Shown piece by piece: positions 10,747-22,519 of a stretch of DNA of 64,000 nt. Origin of the DNA: Emiliania huxleyi CCMP1516 (taxonomy: Eukaryota). The stretch is taken from contig NW_005202368.1 in the NCBI RefSeq assembly GCF_000372725.1, forward strand, positions 356,293 to 420,292, read 5' to 3'. The notes below the pieces were generated by a model. That model had not been told where the DNA came from. It was given only the letters and a program-made list of their open reading frames with translations, and did not search any database. The first letter of the stretch is position 1. Every line of letters starts with the position of its first letter. The translations under genes were made by a program, and so were the position numbers.

Positions 10747-11851
10747 AACGACCGCGGCCGCCGGTCGAGGCTCGAGCGGCCGCCCCGGCCAGCGCGGCCG
10801 TATCGGGCCTGCCCGTCGCGAAGGCTCTGGGCCGGCGCGGGGGGCCCAGAGTCCATGCGGGGGGGAGATGGGGTCCCATGGCCCGCCGCAGGCGCCGATT
10901 TTTTGGAGTTTTTTTCTTTTTTCGCGATTTTTTACTTGTTTTCATGGGAATTCGGCGTACTTGCGGCCATGCTATCACGCCTTGCGACAGCCTGTCGGCG
11001 CAGCTGACCGTGCCATGATGCACAATTGATCACCTGCATAGCTCGCGGCCTTAGTATTAAGCATTCAGTGACGACCTGATCGTACGGCCAGTAGGAAGGT
11101 GTCCTTCCATCCAGCTGCGTGCACGCTTCTGGCGCAATGCGCGTCACCTCGGATGGGCTGCTGGCACTCTCGAGGCTATGCCTACACAGCCTCGCGCGCA
11201 TGGGCAGTCAAGAGGGACCATGCACCTTCTCAGGACAGCGCCGGTGCCTCTCTCTTGGACCGGCAAACTTGGTGGTCTCGTGTCACCAATGCGGCATCGC
11301 GCCATCGACAGCTCTGAACTGCGCCTCACCACTGACCGGGAAGGCCGCCAAGTGGGCCAGCACAGGTCGCACATTGTGGCAGCAGTCAGCAGTGCATGTC
11401 TGATAGCTAGAGCAGCAGCGTCAGGGTCTCGCAGGGAAAGGGCCATCAAGTAAACACAGGTCTCCGTCCGAGGGTTGGCCCCGCGTACCGGTTTTTCCTT
11501 AACTGCAGGACGCCCCCTCTCCTCTATCTACTCGGAGCTAGTGAACACAACACTGCACGCCAGTCGTCGCCGGGGGACTCATCGCAGCGTTGTTATTGAG
11601 AAAAAAATACGTCCGGCGCTCTTCACTCAAAAACACAACCCCGGACCCAAGCAAGACGCACAAGCAAGCACAGACAGTCGAGAAGGGAGAGACAGCAATG
11701 ACAGTCAGAAGCCAGCGCTGGGTACAGCAAACCCTCAAGCTCATACGCACGGCGCTCTTCACACCCACACAACCCAGCCTGCTGATCACGCTAGGGACCG
11801 GGCTGATCACGCCTGGGGCTGTGTGGCTTGTGCTGATCAGAGGCAGTCGCT

Positions 11852-14800
11852 ATGTCCCAGACAGTGGAGGTGACCGCCGCTGACACACACGAGACACACA
11901 CATACTCACGCTTCCAGCCAGCACACTCCACGCATGCACGCGACAGCCGGTGGTCGCGCAGACGCTGCGCTGAGCGAGGACTCTGGCTCTCCCATCGCTG
12001 CCGCGCGCGCGTTTCCGCTGGCGCGCCAGCCTCAGGCGCCTGGATCGCCGCTGTGCTGCAGGTCGGCGGCCGCCAATACTCCGTCTTTGAGGGCGTCTTC
12101 CTGCGGCCGTTCCCAAAGGCGCCTCCGTGGCTGGCGCGGATTGAGGAGATACGACCGCGCATCGGCGGCAACAACAAGGTGCAGTACTGGCTGGCCGTCC
12201 GCTGGTTCTACCGCCGCTCCGACCTCGCGCCCTCCACGACGCACCGCCGCCCGAGGTGAGAGCAGCCGCCTGGTCCACAGCCACGCCGCCGCCCGCGCCG
12301 CTGCGGGCGCTGCGCTCCTCCACTCACGCCGGCGTCGCGCCCCCAGGTGCGACGACGAGGGCAAGGAGGTGTACCTCGCCACGGGCAAGCTCGACGAGGT
12401 CTGCAGCAGCACCATCGCCGGGCCGGCGCGCATCCTCTGCGCGTCGGATGCGCCAAACTATGCCGCGCTGGCCGACGAGGCTGCGGCTGCCTGCGCTGCC
12501 GCCGGATGCGTGGGACGGTCCCTCACCGCTGTCGCTCCCCTCCGGCAGGCGGAGGACGCCTTCTTCTACCGGTACGAGTACAGCCCGCACCTCCGCAGCG
12601 GCTCGCCCGCCTTCACGCAGCCCGGCGGCGCGCCCCTCGCGGCCGACGCGTGGGAGCCGGCCGGCGCCGAGCAGCCGGCTGAGCTTGCCGCTCCGATGGA
12701 GGTGGAGGCGCTGCCCGCGGCGGCGCGGGGCTCGGGCGGCGGCGCGGCGGCCGCGGCCATCGCGCTCGCCATGCAGCAGCAGGCGCCGCCGCCGCCGGCG
12801 GACGTGGCGGCGGCGCAACGGCAGGCGGGAGGAGGCGCGCCGGGCGCGCGGCAGCGGGGCGGCGGCGGCAGGAGCAACGAGGAGCGGCTAGCGCAGCTGC
12901 AGGCCAAGCTTGACCGGCAGTGGCCGCCGTTCACGGACGTGTCGGGCGTGCAGCGGCGCGAGTTCACCGCGGTGATCCCGCCGCCGGGCGACCGCTACGC
13001 GGGCGAGGGCTGCGCGCGGTGCGAGGTTGAGGGCTGCGACCGGCGCGGCGCAGTCTTTCACCTCAAGAACCTGCTCACGCACTCGCAGCCGCGCGGTGGG
13101 CAGCCGGTGAGAGAGCCGGCCCGCCCCGCCCCGGCTCGAGGGGGCCACGCCCCCTGACGCCGCGAGCCTCGCGCCGCAGGTGAAGACGGCCGCTTCTCGC
13201 TCGCACTCGGCCGCCCTCGTCAAGCTTCTCGGCTATACGCCCGCACCGCCGGCAGAGGCTCCGGCGGCCGCAGCAGGCGCGGAGGCGAGGCCGAAGCTGG
13301 GAAGGCCGTCGGAGGGCGCGCCCGGCGTCGGCGCCACCGCGCCCGCCGAGAAGCCCAAGATGACGCCGCGCAACGGCGAGTCGCGCAACTTCACCGGCGA
13401 GGACGGCCGCTTCATCTACTACCGCGGCATGCGGCTCTCCTTCATGTGCGGACAGGTGCTTCTCGTGCGGCGGCTGAACCTGAGCCAGAACCCGGCGCGC
13501 AACGTCAAGTTCCTCGGCAACCTGCAGGGGACGGAGGGCGAGTGGGGCGGCGCGCTGCACGCCGCCTCCGAGCGCGCGCACGCCGCCGGCCTCGTGCTGC
13601 TCATGGCGCGGCAGTACTCGGACCTCAACGTCTCGCGCCCGGGCGGGCTCGACTCGAACCACTGCCTGCACCTCTTCAACCACTTCCGGCCGCCCGACAA
13701 GAAGATGATCTCCAAGTGGGAGACGTACTTTCCGGTCGCGCTCCACCGCACCTACGACCGCCTCGTGCGCCAGCCCCTCGCCATCGCCGCCGAGCAGCTC
13801 TCGACGCTCTCGTTCGAGACGCTGTTTGACGCGCTACGCGAGAAGGAGCTGCGGCGCGCTGCGGCGGCCAGGGACCCGCGCCGCCGGTGGCTGCTGCTCG
13901 TCACGCGGCGGTGGCGCTCGCGGACGGCGCTCGTGGTCGACGACTCCGTCCTCGCGCGCTACCGCGACGGGCGCGAGTGGTACCGCGGCGCGCTGCAGGC
14001 GGTGCACGGCGACGGCACGGCAGACGTCCGGTACGAGGACGGCGACTTTGAGCGTCGGGTGCCCGCGGAGCGGATCCTGTCGGCGGAGCGAGAGGAGGGG
14101 GAGTGGGAGTATGCGGTGGCGGCGCCCGACGAGACCAAGGCGGACTCGGAGCAGCGCCACCCGTGGTGGCCCGCTTCGGAGCACTTTGTCGCCTTTGTGG
14201 AGGAGAGCGCGAGCGCGCGCGCGCGAGAGAGGTGTGTGCCCCTTCTCACTCGCGCCTCCACCGGCTGGTAGGAGCTATGCCTCGAATCGGAGCTGCCGCA
14301 GCGCGTCGCCGCGCTGCGCGCCGAGGCGCCCAGCCGCTTCGCCAGCCGCTTCGCCAGCCGCTTCGCGCCGCCCACCGCGGCGCCCGCCCCGGCAGACACG
14401 CCGGGCGCCGGCGGGGCAGTCTCCGCCCCGCCCCGCGCGGAAGAGCGGCCGTGGCCGCTGCTGCAGCTCCGCGCGGGGGGCAACGGGCGCGGCGGTGGCG
14501 GCGGTCGGTCGGTGGCGGGGGATCGCGCGGCGGCGGCGGCGGCCGGCGCGGCCGACGGCGGCGGGCTGGCGCAGCGCGAGGGGCTCGTGTATATGTTTCG
14601 CAAGCTCGCGGTGCTGTTTCTGGAGATGGTGGAGGCGGAGCTGCGCGCGTCGCACCTTCAGCCCTCACAGCCCGACGGGGCGGCGCTGAGCTGCGTCGCG
14701 TGCGCACCGGTCGAGGCGGCGTGGCTGTGCGCGCCGATTGCACAGATCCCCGAGGGGTTTCGCCAAAAGTGCGACGTGTGCGAGACGTCGATCCTCGACC

Positions 14801-17800
14801 GCCACTGGGCTTGCACCGTCGCCGGGTGTGAGTGGGAGGTTTGCCTCGAGTGCCACCGAAAGGGGGAGCGGCGGCGCGCCGCGCGCCGCGAGCGGCAGGG
14901 AGGAGGGGGCGCGCCGCGGCGGAGGCCCGCGTCGCTGCCGCTGCTGAACGAGCGGCGCGGCGGCGGCGGCGGCGGCGGCGGCGAGCGCTTGCGCCCGGCT
15001 TACGACGGCAGCGAGGCGACGCTGCAGGAGCGCATTTCCCTCGTCTTTCCGCCGACGACCAACGCGCGCGGCGAGGTGTGGCACGAGTTTGTGGCCGTCA
15101 TCCCTCGCGAGGGCAAGTATTGCGGCCAGCCGTGCGCCGTCTGCAACGTCGTCGGCTGCCCCATGCACGGGCGCATCTTTCACCAAAAGAACCTGGCGAC
15201 GCACGCGCGCCCGCGCGGCGGCGGAGTCCGCTCGAGCGTGCTTTCGAGGCAGCACGACGCGGCGTACAACGCCTTCGTGGCTGCNNNNNNNNNNNNNNNN
15301 NNNNNNNNNNNNNNNNNNNNNNNNNNNNNNNNNNNNNNNNNNNNNNNNNNNNNNNNNNNNNNNNNNNNNNNNNNNNNNNNNNNNTGCGCAAGTCATCCAA
15401 TTCTAAGGCAGGCATTTCTGGTTTGCCGGAGCCCAGGCGATTCTGTGGTCCAAGACCAGGAGCGGGCTGGTCTGCCTTACATCAGATCAGCCCGCCAATC
15501 GTCCCAAACACTTGAGTTTCATTTCACCTTGGGATCAAAAGGCAACGCCCAAAGTGACGCCGTATGTACGCGGCCCCCCAATGTGATTGTAGTCAAAACC
15601 AAATCCCGAGAGAAGGTCGACGCTTGAGCTAAAATAGAACTTATTAGCCAGGTTCTTACCCCAAATAGACCCATTGAAACGCCCGTCTGCACTCTAGCAG
15701 TCCACGCACCCATAGGCCGATGGGGAGGGGGAGGAGGACGAGGCGCCGCCGGCCGTCTTTGAGGAGGGCGAGCTCGGCTGCTTTTGCGACACCGACCGCC
15801 ACCTGCCGACCAACGACGTTCCGTTTGAGGGCGTGTGGATTAGCTGCGACGTGTGCGGCCGCTGGTGCCACGGCGAGTGCGCCGGGATGGACAAGCAGCA
15901 AGCCGAGGAGACGGAGGAGTACACGTGCCCGCTCTGCGCCGCGCAGCCGCCGCGCGAGGGGCGCGACGCTCCCGCCGCTGCCGGCGCGGGCGCCAACGAG
16001 CCGGCCTCTTCCGCCGCGGCCGCCGGGCAACCAGAGGATGGCGAGGAGGGCGAGGAGGGCGAGTCGGGCGAGTCGGGCGAGTCGGACGTCGGCTCCTCCG
16101 AGGAGAGCGGCGAGGAGGGGGGCGGCGAGGAGGAGGAGAGCGGCGAGGAGGGCGAGGGCGTCGATCTGATAGAGATCTTGGAGGGGGTGGGTGGCCTCGC
16201 GGGGCCCGGCGGCGACGGCGACGCGGAGGCGGAGGAGGAGGCCGAGGAGGAGGAGGAGGAAGAGGAGGAGGACCTGTTCCACATGAGCCGCCCCGCCGCC
16301 GCGTCGTCTTCGGCTGACGAGGACGACGACGACGACGGCGGCGTCGGCGGGATCGACACCGGGGAGGCTTTTCCGGGCGACGACGAGGCGGAGGAGGAGG
16401 GCGAGGAGGAGGAGGAGGGCGAGGAGGACGAGGGAGAGGAGGAGGGCATCGAGGACATGGACATGGAGGGCATGGAGGAGGGTGGCGTGGGCATGGACGA
16501 GGGCTGCGGGGCGGGGGGCGAGGAGGCCGGCGAGGAGGGCGGCGAGGAGGGGGCGGAGGATGCCGTTGGCGCGAGCGGCGACGTGCTCGCCGCGGAGGTC
16601 GGCGGAGAGGCGGAGGCGAGCGACTCGGGCGACGACGAGATTGGCGCCGAGGCGGAGGCTGGCGACGAGGGCGGCGACGAGGCGGCGGCGGAGGAGGCCG
16701 GCGGGGAGGTTGGCATTGGCGAGGCCGCGGCCGAAGAGCCAGGGCTTTGCAGCGGCCAGGCGGCGGCGCAGGCTCCAGAGCAGAGGGCCACGGCTGCCGC
16801 GGAGGCGGGCGAGGCGGCGGAGGCGGGCGGGGCGGCGGAGGCTGGCGAGGCGGCGGAGGCTGGCGAGGCGGCGGAGGCTGGCGAGGCGGCGGAGGCGGGC
16901 GAGGCCGCAGTGGCGGAGGCTGGCGAGGCCGCGGCCCTCGGCGCAGGCGGCGCCATCGAGCCCGCTGCGCAAGAAGGCGGGGCTGGTGAGGCCGCCTCCG
17001 CCGCAGCAGCCGCGGGCGAGACTGGCGGCGAGACTGGCGGCGAGACTGGCGGCGAGACTGGCGGCGAGCTTGGCGGCGAGGTCGGCGTCAAGGTCGAGGC
17101 TGGAGAGGGCGCGGGCGAGGGCGAGGCGAGCGGCGGCGGCGCGGAGGGCGGCGCGGAGGGCGGCGCGGAGGGCGGTGCGGAGGGCGGTGCGGAGGGCGGT
17201 GCGGAGGGCGGTGCGGAGGGCGGTGCGGAGGGCGGTGCGGAGGAGGCCGCCGGCGCGGAGGGGGGCGCTCTGCCGCCCGCCGCGTCGAGCATCAGCCGCG
17301 TCTCATCGGGCGGGCGGTGCCGCGTCTGCCGGCAGCGGCAGTGCCGCAACGGCCCCGCATGCAAGGAGGCGCGCGCGCGCGAGCGCAGCGGCCAGCCGTA
17401 CCACGAACCGCCGCGCGTCCGCTCGCGCCCGTCGGAGCGGGCGGCGGCGTCGGAGCCGAGCGCGATGGAGGTCGACGTCGACGGCGGCGGCGGCAGCGGC
17501 GGCTGCGGCGGCGGCGGCGCATTCGTCAAGCCGGAGCCGCCGCCGTTTGCCTTCGAGGCGCGCCCGTCCCGGCGCGCCGCAGTGAGCGCGCGCGACGGCA
17601 TCGCGGCGCTGGCGCAGGCGGCAATCCTGCGCCGGCGGAGAGGCTGAATTAACGAGTGAATCCACTCATTGGCTGGCTACTCACCAATAGGCGGCCGTAT
17701 CCGCCGGAGGAGAGGCTGCGGTCCGGGACAGCTCTCCGGGCGCGCGGCTGTGGCAAGGCCGCCGTGTCTTGCCACGAGGGTCTGCTGCATGGATGGGCCA

Positions 17801-20800
17801 GCCTCCAGACGGCGCTGGCCACTTCGGGGGAGGGAGGGCGGCGGCCGCGGGCGGTGGCGGCGGCGACGGGGCGGCGGAGGGGGCGGGCGCGGCGGACGCG
17901 GGCGTCGGGCTTGTCGTCGGCTGCAAGGCGCGGGTGCACCGTCCGGGGGCGAGCTTGAATGAACGAGTTGATGAGCTGATAGAGTACGAATGAGCAGGCG
18001 CGGGTGCACCGTCCGGGCGAGCTGCACGGCCTGAGCGGGCTCTGCGTCGCCGCGAAGTGCGGCTACTACCAGCTGCAGTTCGCAAACGGCCGGCAGGCGC
18101 ACTTTCGAGGCCGCGAGCTGTCGCTGGCGGTGCCCGGGGCGGCGGGCGACGCGCCGCTTCCCGCGCGCCCGCGGAGCGGCGGAGCGCGCCCCTTCATCCC
18201 TCGGGACCCGGCCAGGCCGCAGCGCGAGGCTGCGTGTGCCGCTGGCGCGGCGGTGGAGGCTGCCGCCCGTAGATGCTGGGGGGCGGACATTGTATTCCGA
18301 CGGGCGTTCGAGGCGGCACACGCACACTCGCCCCGTGTTGATCGCCTCTGCATGCACGCGGTGCTGCGACCCCAATGCCACGGAACACCGTGTCTCCCCC
18401 GCGGTAGCAGCGGGCAGCCGTCGCGTCTAAGAGGGTACCCCGCACCGCCAGGCCGCCGTCAAGGAGGAGGTGCGCGGCGAGCACACGCGCAAGCGGAAGC
18501 CGACCCAGCTGTACGACGGCGGCGGCGGGCAGGGCGTCGCGTACGTCCCTCCCGAGCCGTCGGGCGGAGGGAACGTCTCCCGCTCGCGCATCGCGTACGG
18601 CTCGGACGGCCTGCAGCTGGTGATTGGAGCCGCCGTGGTCATTGTCAAGCAGGGCGAGCCTCCCCCCTCCCCCCCCTTCACTCATTCATTCGTTCATTCC
18701 ATTCACTCTATTCACTCCGTTCACTCCATTCACTCGTTTCACTCTATTCACTCCGTTCACTCCGTTCACTCGTTTCACTCTTTTCACTCCGTTCACTCCG
18801 TTCACTCTTTACTTTTCACTCCATTCACTCGTTTCACTCTTTTCACTCTTTTCACTCCGTTCACTCCGTTCACTCTTTACTTTTCACTCCATTCACTCGT
18901 TTCACTCTTTTCACTCCGTTCACTCCGTTCACTCTTTACTTTTCACTCCATTCACTCGTTTCACTGTTTTCACTCCGTTCACTCCGCTCACTCCGTTCTT
19001 CAATCATAGGTCGTCGGCCTCACCCCCGCGCCCCACCGCCCACTAGCGAGGCCGCAGCACGCACCGCAGCGCGCGGCAGCGCGGCCGCCGCCGCCGCCCC
19101 GCCGGCCGCGCCCGACCAAGCCCAAGCCGCCGCGCATCTCGTGGCGCGACCTGGGGGGGGAGGAGGCGGAGGAGGCGCCCGCGGCGGCGCACGAGCACGT
19201 GTACGCGCGCGCCGTCAAGTCTCGGCCACGCGACGTTGGCGAGGCGAGCGAGAGTCCCCGAGAGAGCTTCCCGAGAGAGTACCCGAGAGAGCACCCGAGA
19301 GAGCACCCGAGAGAGCACCCGAGAGAGTACCCGAGAGCACCTCTTCGCCCTCCAGTAATCTCGACCGCACGTAGCACCACGTGAGCAATCGTTCTGATGC
19401 GAGAGCGCCAGCCGCCTCTGGGAGGCATCAGTAGCTCTCGCGTACTCTTTGGTGATCTCGCTTCATCTCAGGCGGTGGAGATCTGGGGAGATATGGGGAG
19501 ATACGATCTCGCTTCATCTCAGGCGGTGGAGATCTGGGGAGATATGGGGAGATACGATCTCGCTTCATCTCAGGTGGTGGAGAGATGGGGAGATATGGGG
19601 AGATATGATCTCGCTTCATCTCAGGTGGTGGAGATATGGGGAGATATGGGGAGATACGATCTCGCTTCATCTCAGGTGGTGGAGATCTGGGGAGATATGG
19701 GGAGATATGGGGAGATACAATCTCGCTTCATCTCAGGTGGTGGAGATATGGGGAGATATGGGGAGATACGATCTCGCTTCATCTCAGGTGGTGGAGATAT
19801 GGGGAGATATGGGGAGATACGATCTCGCTTCATCTCAGGTGGTGGAGATATGGGGAGATATGGGGAGATACGATCTCGCTTCATCTCAGGTGGTGGAGAG
19901 GGTCGAGTACCTCCTCGCGCTCCACCCGCCCGAGGACCACGCCGACCAGCTCGCGTCCGCACACGCACACGCCCCGCCGCTCGCCGCGCTGCACGCCGCG
20001 CCCGAGGGGGCCGGAGGCACGCGCGCCGCCGCCGCCGCCGCCGCCGCGCCGGCGTTCGGGGGCGAGGCGCTGCGCATGTCGTACACGCTGCGGTCTGCAG
20101 GGGGGCGGGGCGGCGGCACGGCCGCCGAGCTGGCCGAGTTCCAGGCGCGGGGAGATTTGGGGGGGATCTGGGGAGATCTGGGGAGATAGTGCCCACCCTC
20201 CAGGTGATACGGGGAGATATGGGGAGGTGAAAGGGAGTGCCCACTCCCCCTCTCTCTCCCTCTGTTTTTCTCTAGTAGGGAAGGGTCCGCGTTTTGAGGT
20301 TTCCCCCTCTCTCCAGGCGCCTTGGTGGGCTGGGCAAAGCCCGGGGTGTTTGGGTCGCTTCCCCCGCCAGTTTTAGTCTGCCGGGGGGGCCCGCACGGGT
20401 TTCCTGGAGGGGGTTTNNNNNNNNNNNNNNNNNNNNNNNNNNNNNNNNNNNNNNNNNNNNNNNNNNNNNNNNNNNNNNNNNNNNNNNNNNNNNNNNNNNN
20501 NNNNNNNNNNNNNNNNNNNNNNNNNNNNNNNNNNNNNNNNNNNNNNNNNNNNNNNNNNNNNNNNNNNNNNNNNNNNNNNNNNNNNNNNNNNNNNNNNNNN
20601 NNNNNNNNNNNNNNNNNNNNNNNNNNNNNNNNNNNNNNNNNNNNNNNNNNNNNNNNNNNNNNNNNNNNNNNNNNNNNNNNNNNNNNNNNNNNNNNNNNNN
20701 NNNNNNNNNNNNNNNNNNNNNNNNNNNNNNNNNNNNNNNNNNNNNNNNNNNNNNNNNNNNNNNNNNNNNNNNNNNNNNNNNNNNNNNNNNNNNNNNNNNN

Positions 20801-22519
20801 NNNNNNNNNNNNNNNNNNNNNNNNNNNNNNNNNNNNNNNNNNNNNNNNNNNNNNNNNNNNNNNNNNNNNNNNNNNNNNNNNNNNNNNNNNNNNNNNNNNN
20901 NNNNNNNNNNNNNNNNNNNNNNNNNNNNNNNNNNNNNNNNNNNNNNNNNNNNNNNNNNNNNNNNNNNNNNNNNNNNNNNNNNNNNNNNNNNNNNNNNNNN
21001 NNNNNNNNNNNNNNNNNNNNNNNNNNNNNNNNNNNNNNNNNNNNNNNNNNNNNNNNNNNNNNNNNNNNNNNNNNNNNNNNNNNNNNNNNNNNNNNNNNNN
21101 NNNNNNNNNNNNNNNNNNNNNNNNNNNNNNNNNNNNNNNNNNNNNNNNNNNNNNNNNNNNNNNNNNNNNNNNNNNNNNNNNNNNNNNNNNNNNNNNNNNN
21201 NNNNNNNNNNNNNNNNNNNNNNNNNNNNNNNNNNNNNNNNNNNNNNNNNNNNNNNNNNNNNNNNNNNNNNNNNNNNNNNNNNNNNNNNNNNNNNNNNNNN
21301 NNNNNNNNNNNNNNNNNNNNNNNNNNNNNNNNNNNNNNNNNNNNNNNNNNNNNNNNNNNNNNNNNNNNNNNNNNNNNNNNNNNNNNNNNNNNNNNNNNGA
21401 AAAGGAGAATCGAGAGAAGGTACAACAGGTGGGTATATGTCAAAAGGGAGAGGATAAGGAAAGGCTAGAAAGTGAGGGAGAGAACAAGGGACGGAAAGAA
21501 GAGTGGAAACGAGGGAGACCGAAGCAGAGAGGAGACGCGGAACGGAGAAAGTAAAAAGAATATGACGTAAGAAAAGGGGAAGAAAAAATCTCCCTCCCCA
21601 TCCCTCCTCTTCGCCTCCCGCCCCGCTTCCTCGGTCCCTCCCCCCCTGAACTTCCCTGAACCTTCCCTGAACCTTCCCGGACCCTTCCTGCAGGGCGGGC
21701 ACACGAACCTGCACTGCGACGTCTCGGACGCGGTCAACGTGATGGTGGACGTGTACGAGGGCGACGACGGCGACGACTCCGAGGATGAGACCGACGAGGC
21801 GAGAGCGGCGCCGAGAGCTGGGGAAGAGAGCCTCATGAGTCCTTGGCTGCTGACGGGGCTGGTGAAAGAGGAGTAGGCGAGCTTGGCCGACGCCGAGTTG
21901 GGCAGCCTCTCCTGCCAGCACGGCGCCGTCGGGGGCATCTTCCGCTGGCGGGGCTGTGAACAGCGTCTCTTCACGCCTCTAGCTGTGAACAGGCGCCATC
22001 TGGGACATCTACCGCTGGCAGGACACCGAGGCGATCCTGCAGCTGCTGCACGCGGTGGCGCGCGAGCGCGACGTCGAGATCACGAGCAACCCGATCCACG
22101 ACCAGCTCTTCTACCTCGACGACACGCTGCGCAAGCGGCTGCGAGACCAGTACAAGGTGCGCGGCTGGCGCTTCGTGCAGCGACGCGGAGACGCCGTCTT
22201 CATCCCGGCGGGCTGCCCGCACCAAGTGCGCAACCTCTCGTCGTGCGTCAAGGTGGCGCTCGACTTTGTGTCGCCCGAGAATGCGCACCGGTGCGTCCAC
22301 CTGACGGACGAGTTTGCAAAGCTGCCGCGCGGCCACCACCTCTCCGAGGACAAGCTGCAGGTCAAGACGATGCTGCTGCACACGATGAAGCACCTCACCG
22401 AGGCGCTCATGCCGCGCAGGCAGCCGGCGGAGGCGGAGGGGGCGGAGGGGGGCGAGGCGGGGGAGGGGGGGGAAGGAGCACCGCCCGCGCCGCCGCCGGG
22501 CGCTAGCAACGGCACGTAG
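11852..22519 (+). CDS. Multi-exon KDM3/JMJD1-type JmjC histone demethylase with BAH, Tudor, Cys-rich zinc finger, PHD and acidic regions (single-gene model uncertain across gaps at 15285-15383 and 20417-21398)
   Basis: BAH: PWLARIEEI..VRWFYRRSDL..EVYL..FFYRYEY (12062-12590). Tudor: VLARYRDGREWYRG..DVRYEDGDFE (13950-14080). CDVCETSILDRHWAC..C..VCLEC (14770-14855). PHD: WISCDVCGRWCHGEC..YTCPLC (15830-15940). JmjC: TNLHCDVSDAVNVMV, GAIWDIYR, PIHDQLFYL, FVQRRGDAVFIPAGCPHQVRNLSSCVKVALDFVSPEN. Stop at 22517-22519. Confidence 0.7.
18678..18997. repeat. Intronic TTCACTC(C)-based tandem repeat; shorter copy at 24974-25171
   Basis: Visible directly in the sequence. Confidence 0.9.
19454..19899 (+). 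repeat. 51 bp intronic minisatellite containing the splice acceptor (9 acceptor copies; 8 in the duplicate at 25665-26059)
   Basis: Unit GATCTCGCTTCATCTCAG-GTGGTGGAGA-TATGGGGAGATATGGGGAGATAC; one unit in each array is 61 bp. Confidence 0.95.

Noticed and set aside
15656..17601. Long minus-strand ORFs (635 aa and 438 aa)
   Set aside because: Antisense shadows of the Glu/Gly/Ala-rich plus-strand exon in GC-rich DNA.
20272..21554. ORFs spanning N runs (also 44864-47339 and 52960-53733)
   Set aside because: Artefacts of translating assembly gaps; flanks such as 20280-20416 and 21399-21590 look like low-quality sequence.
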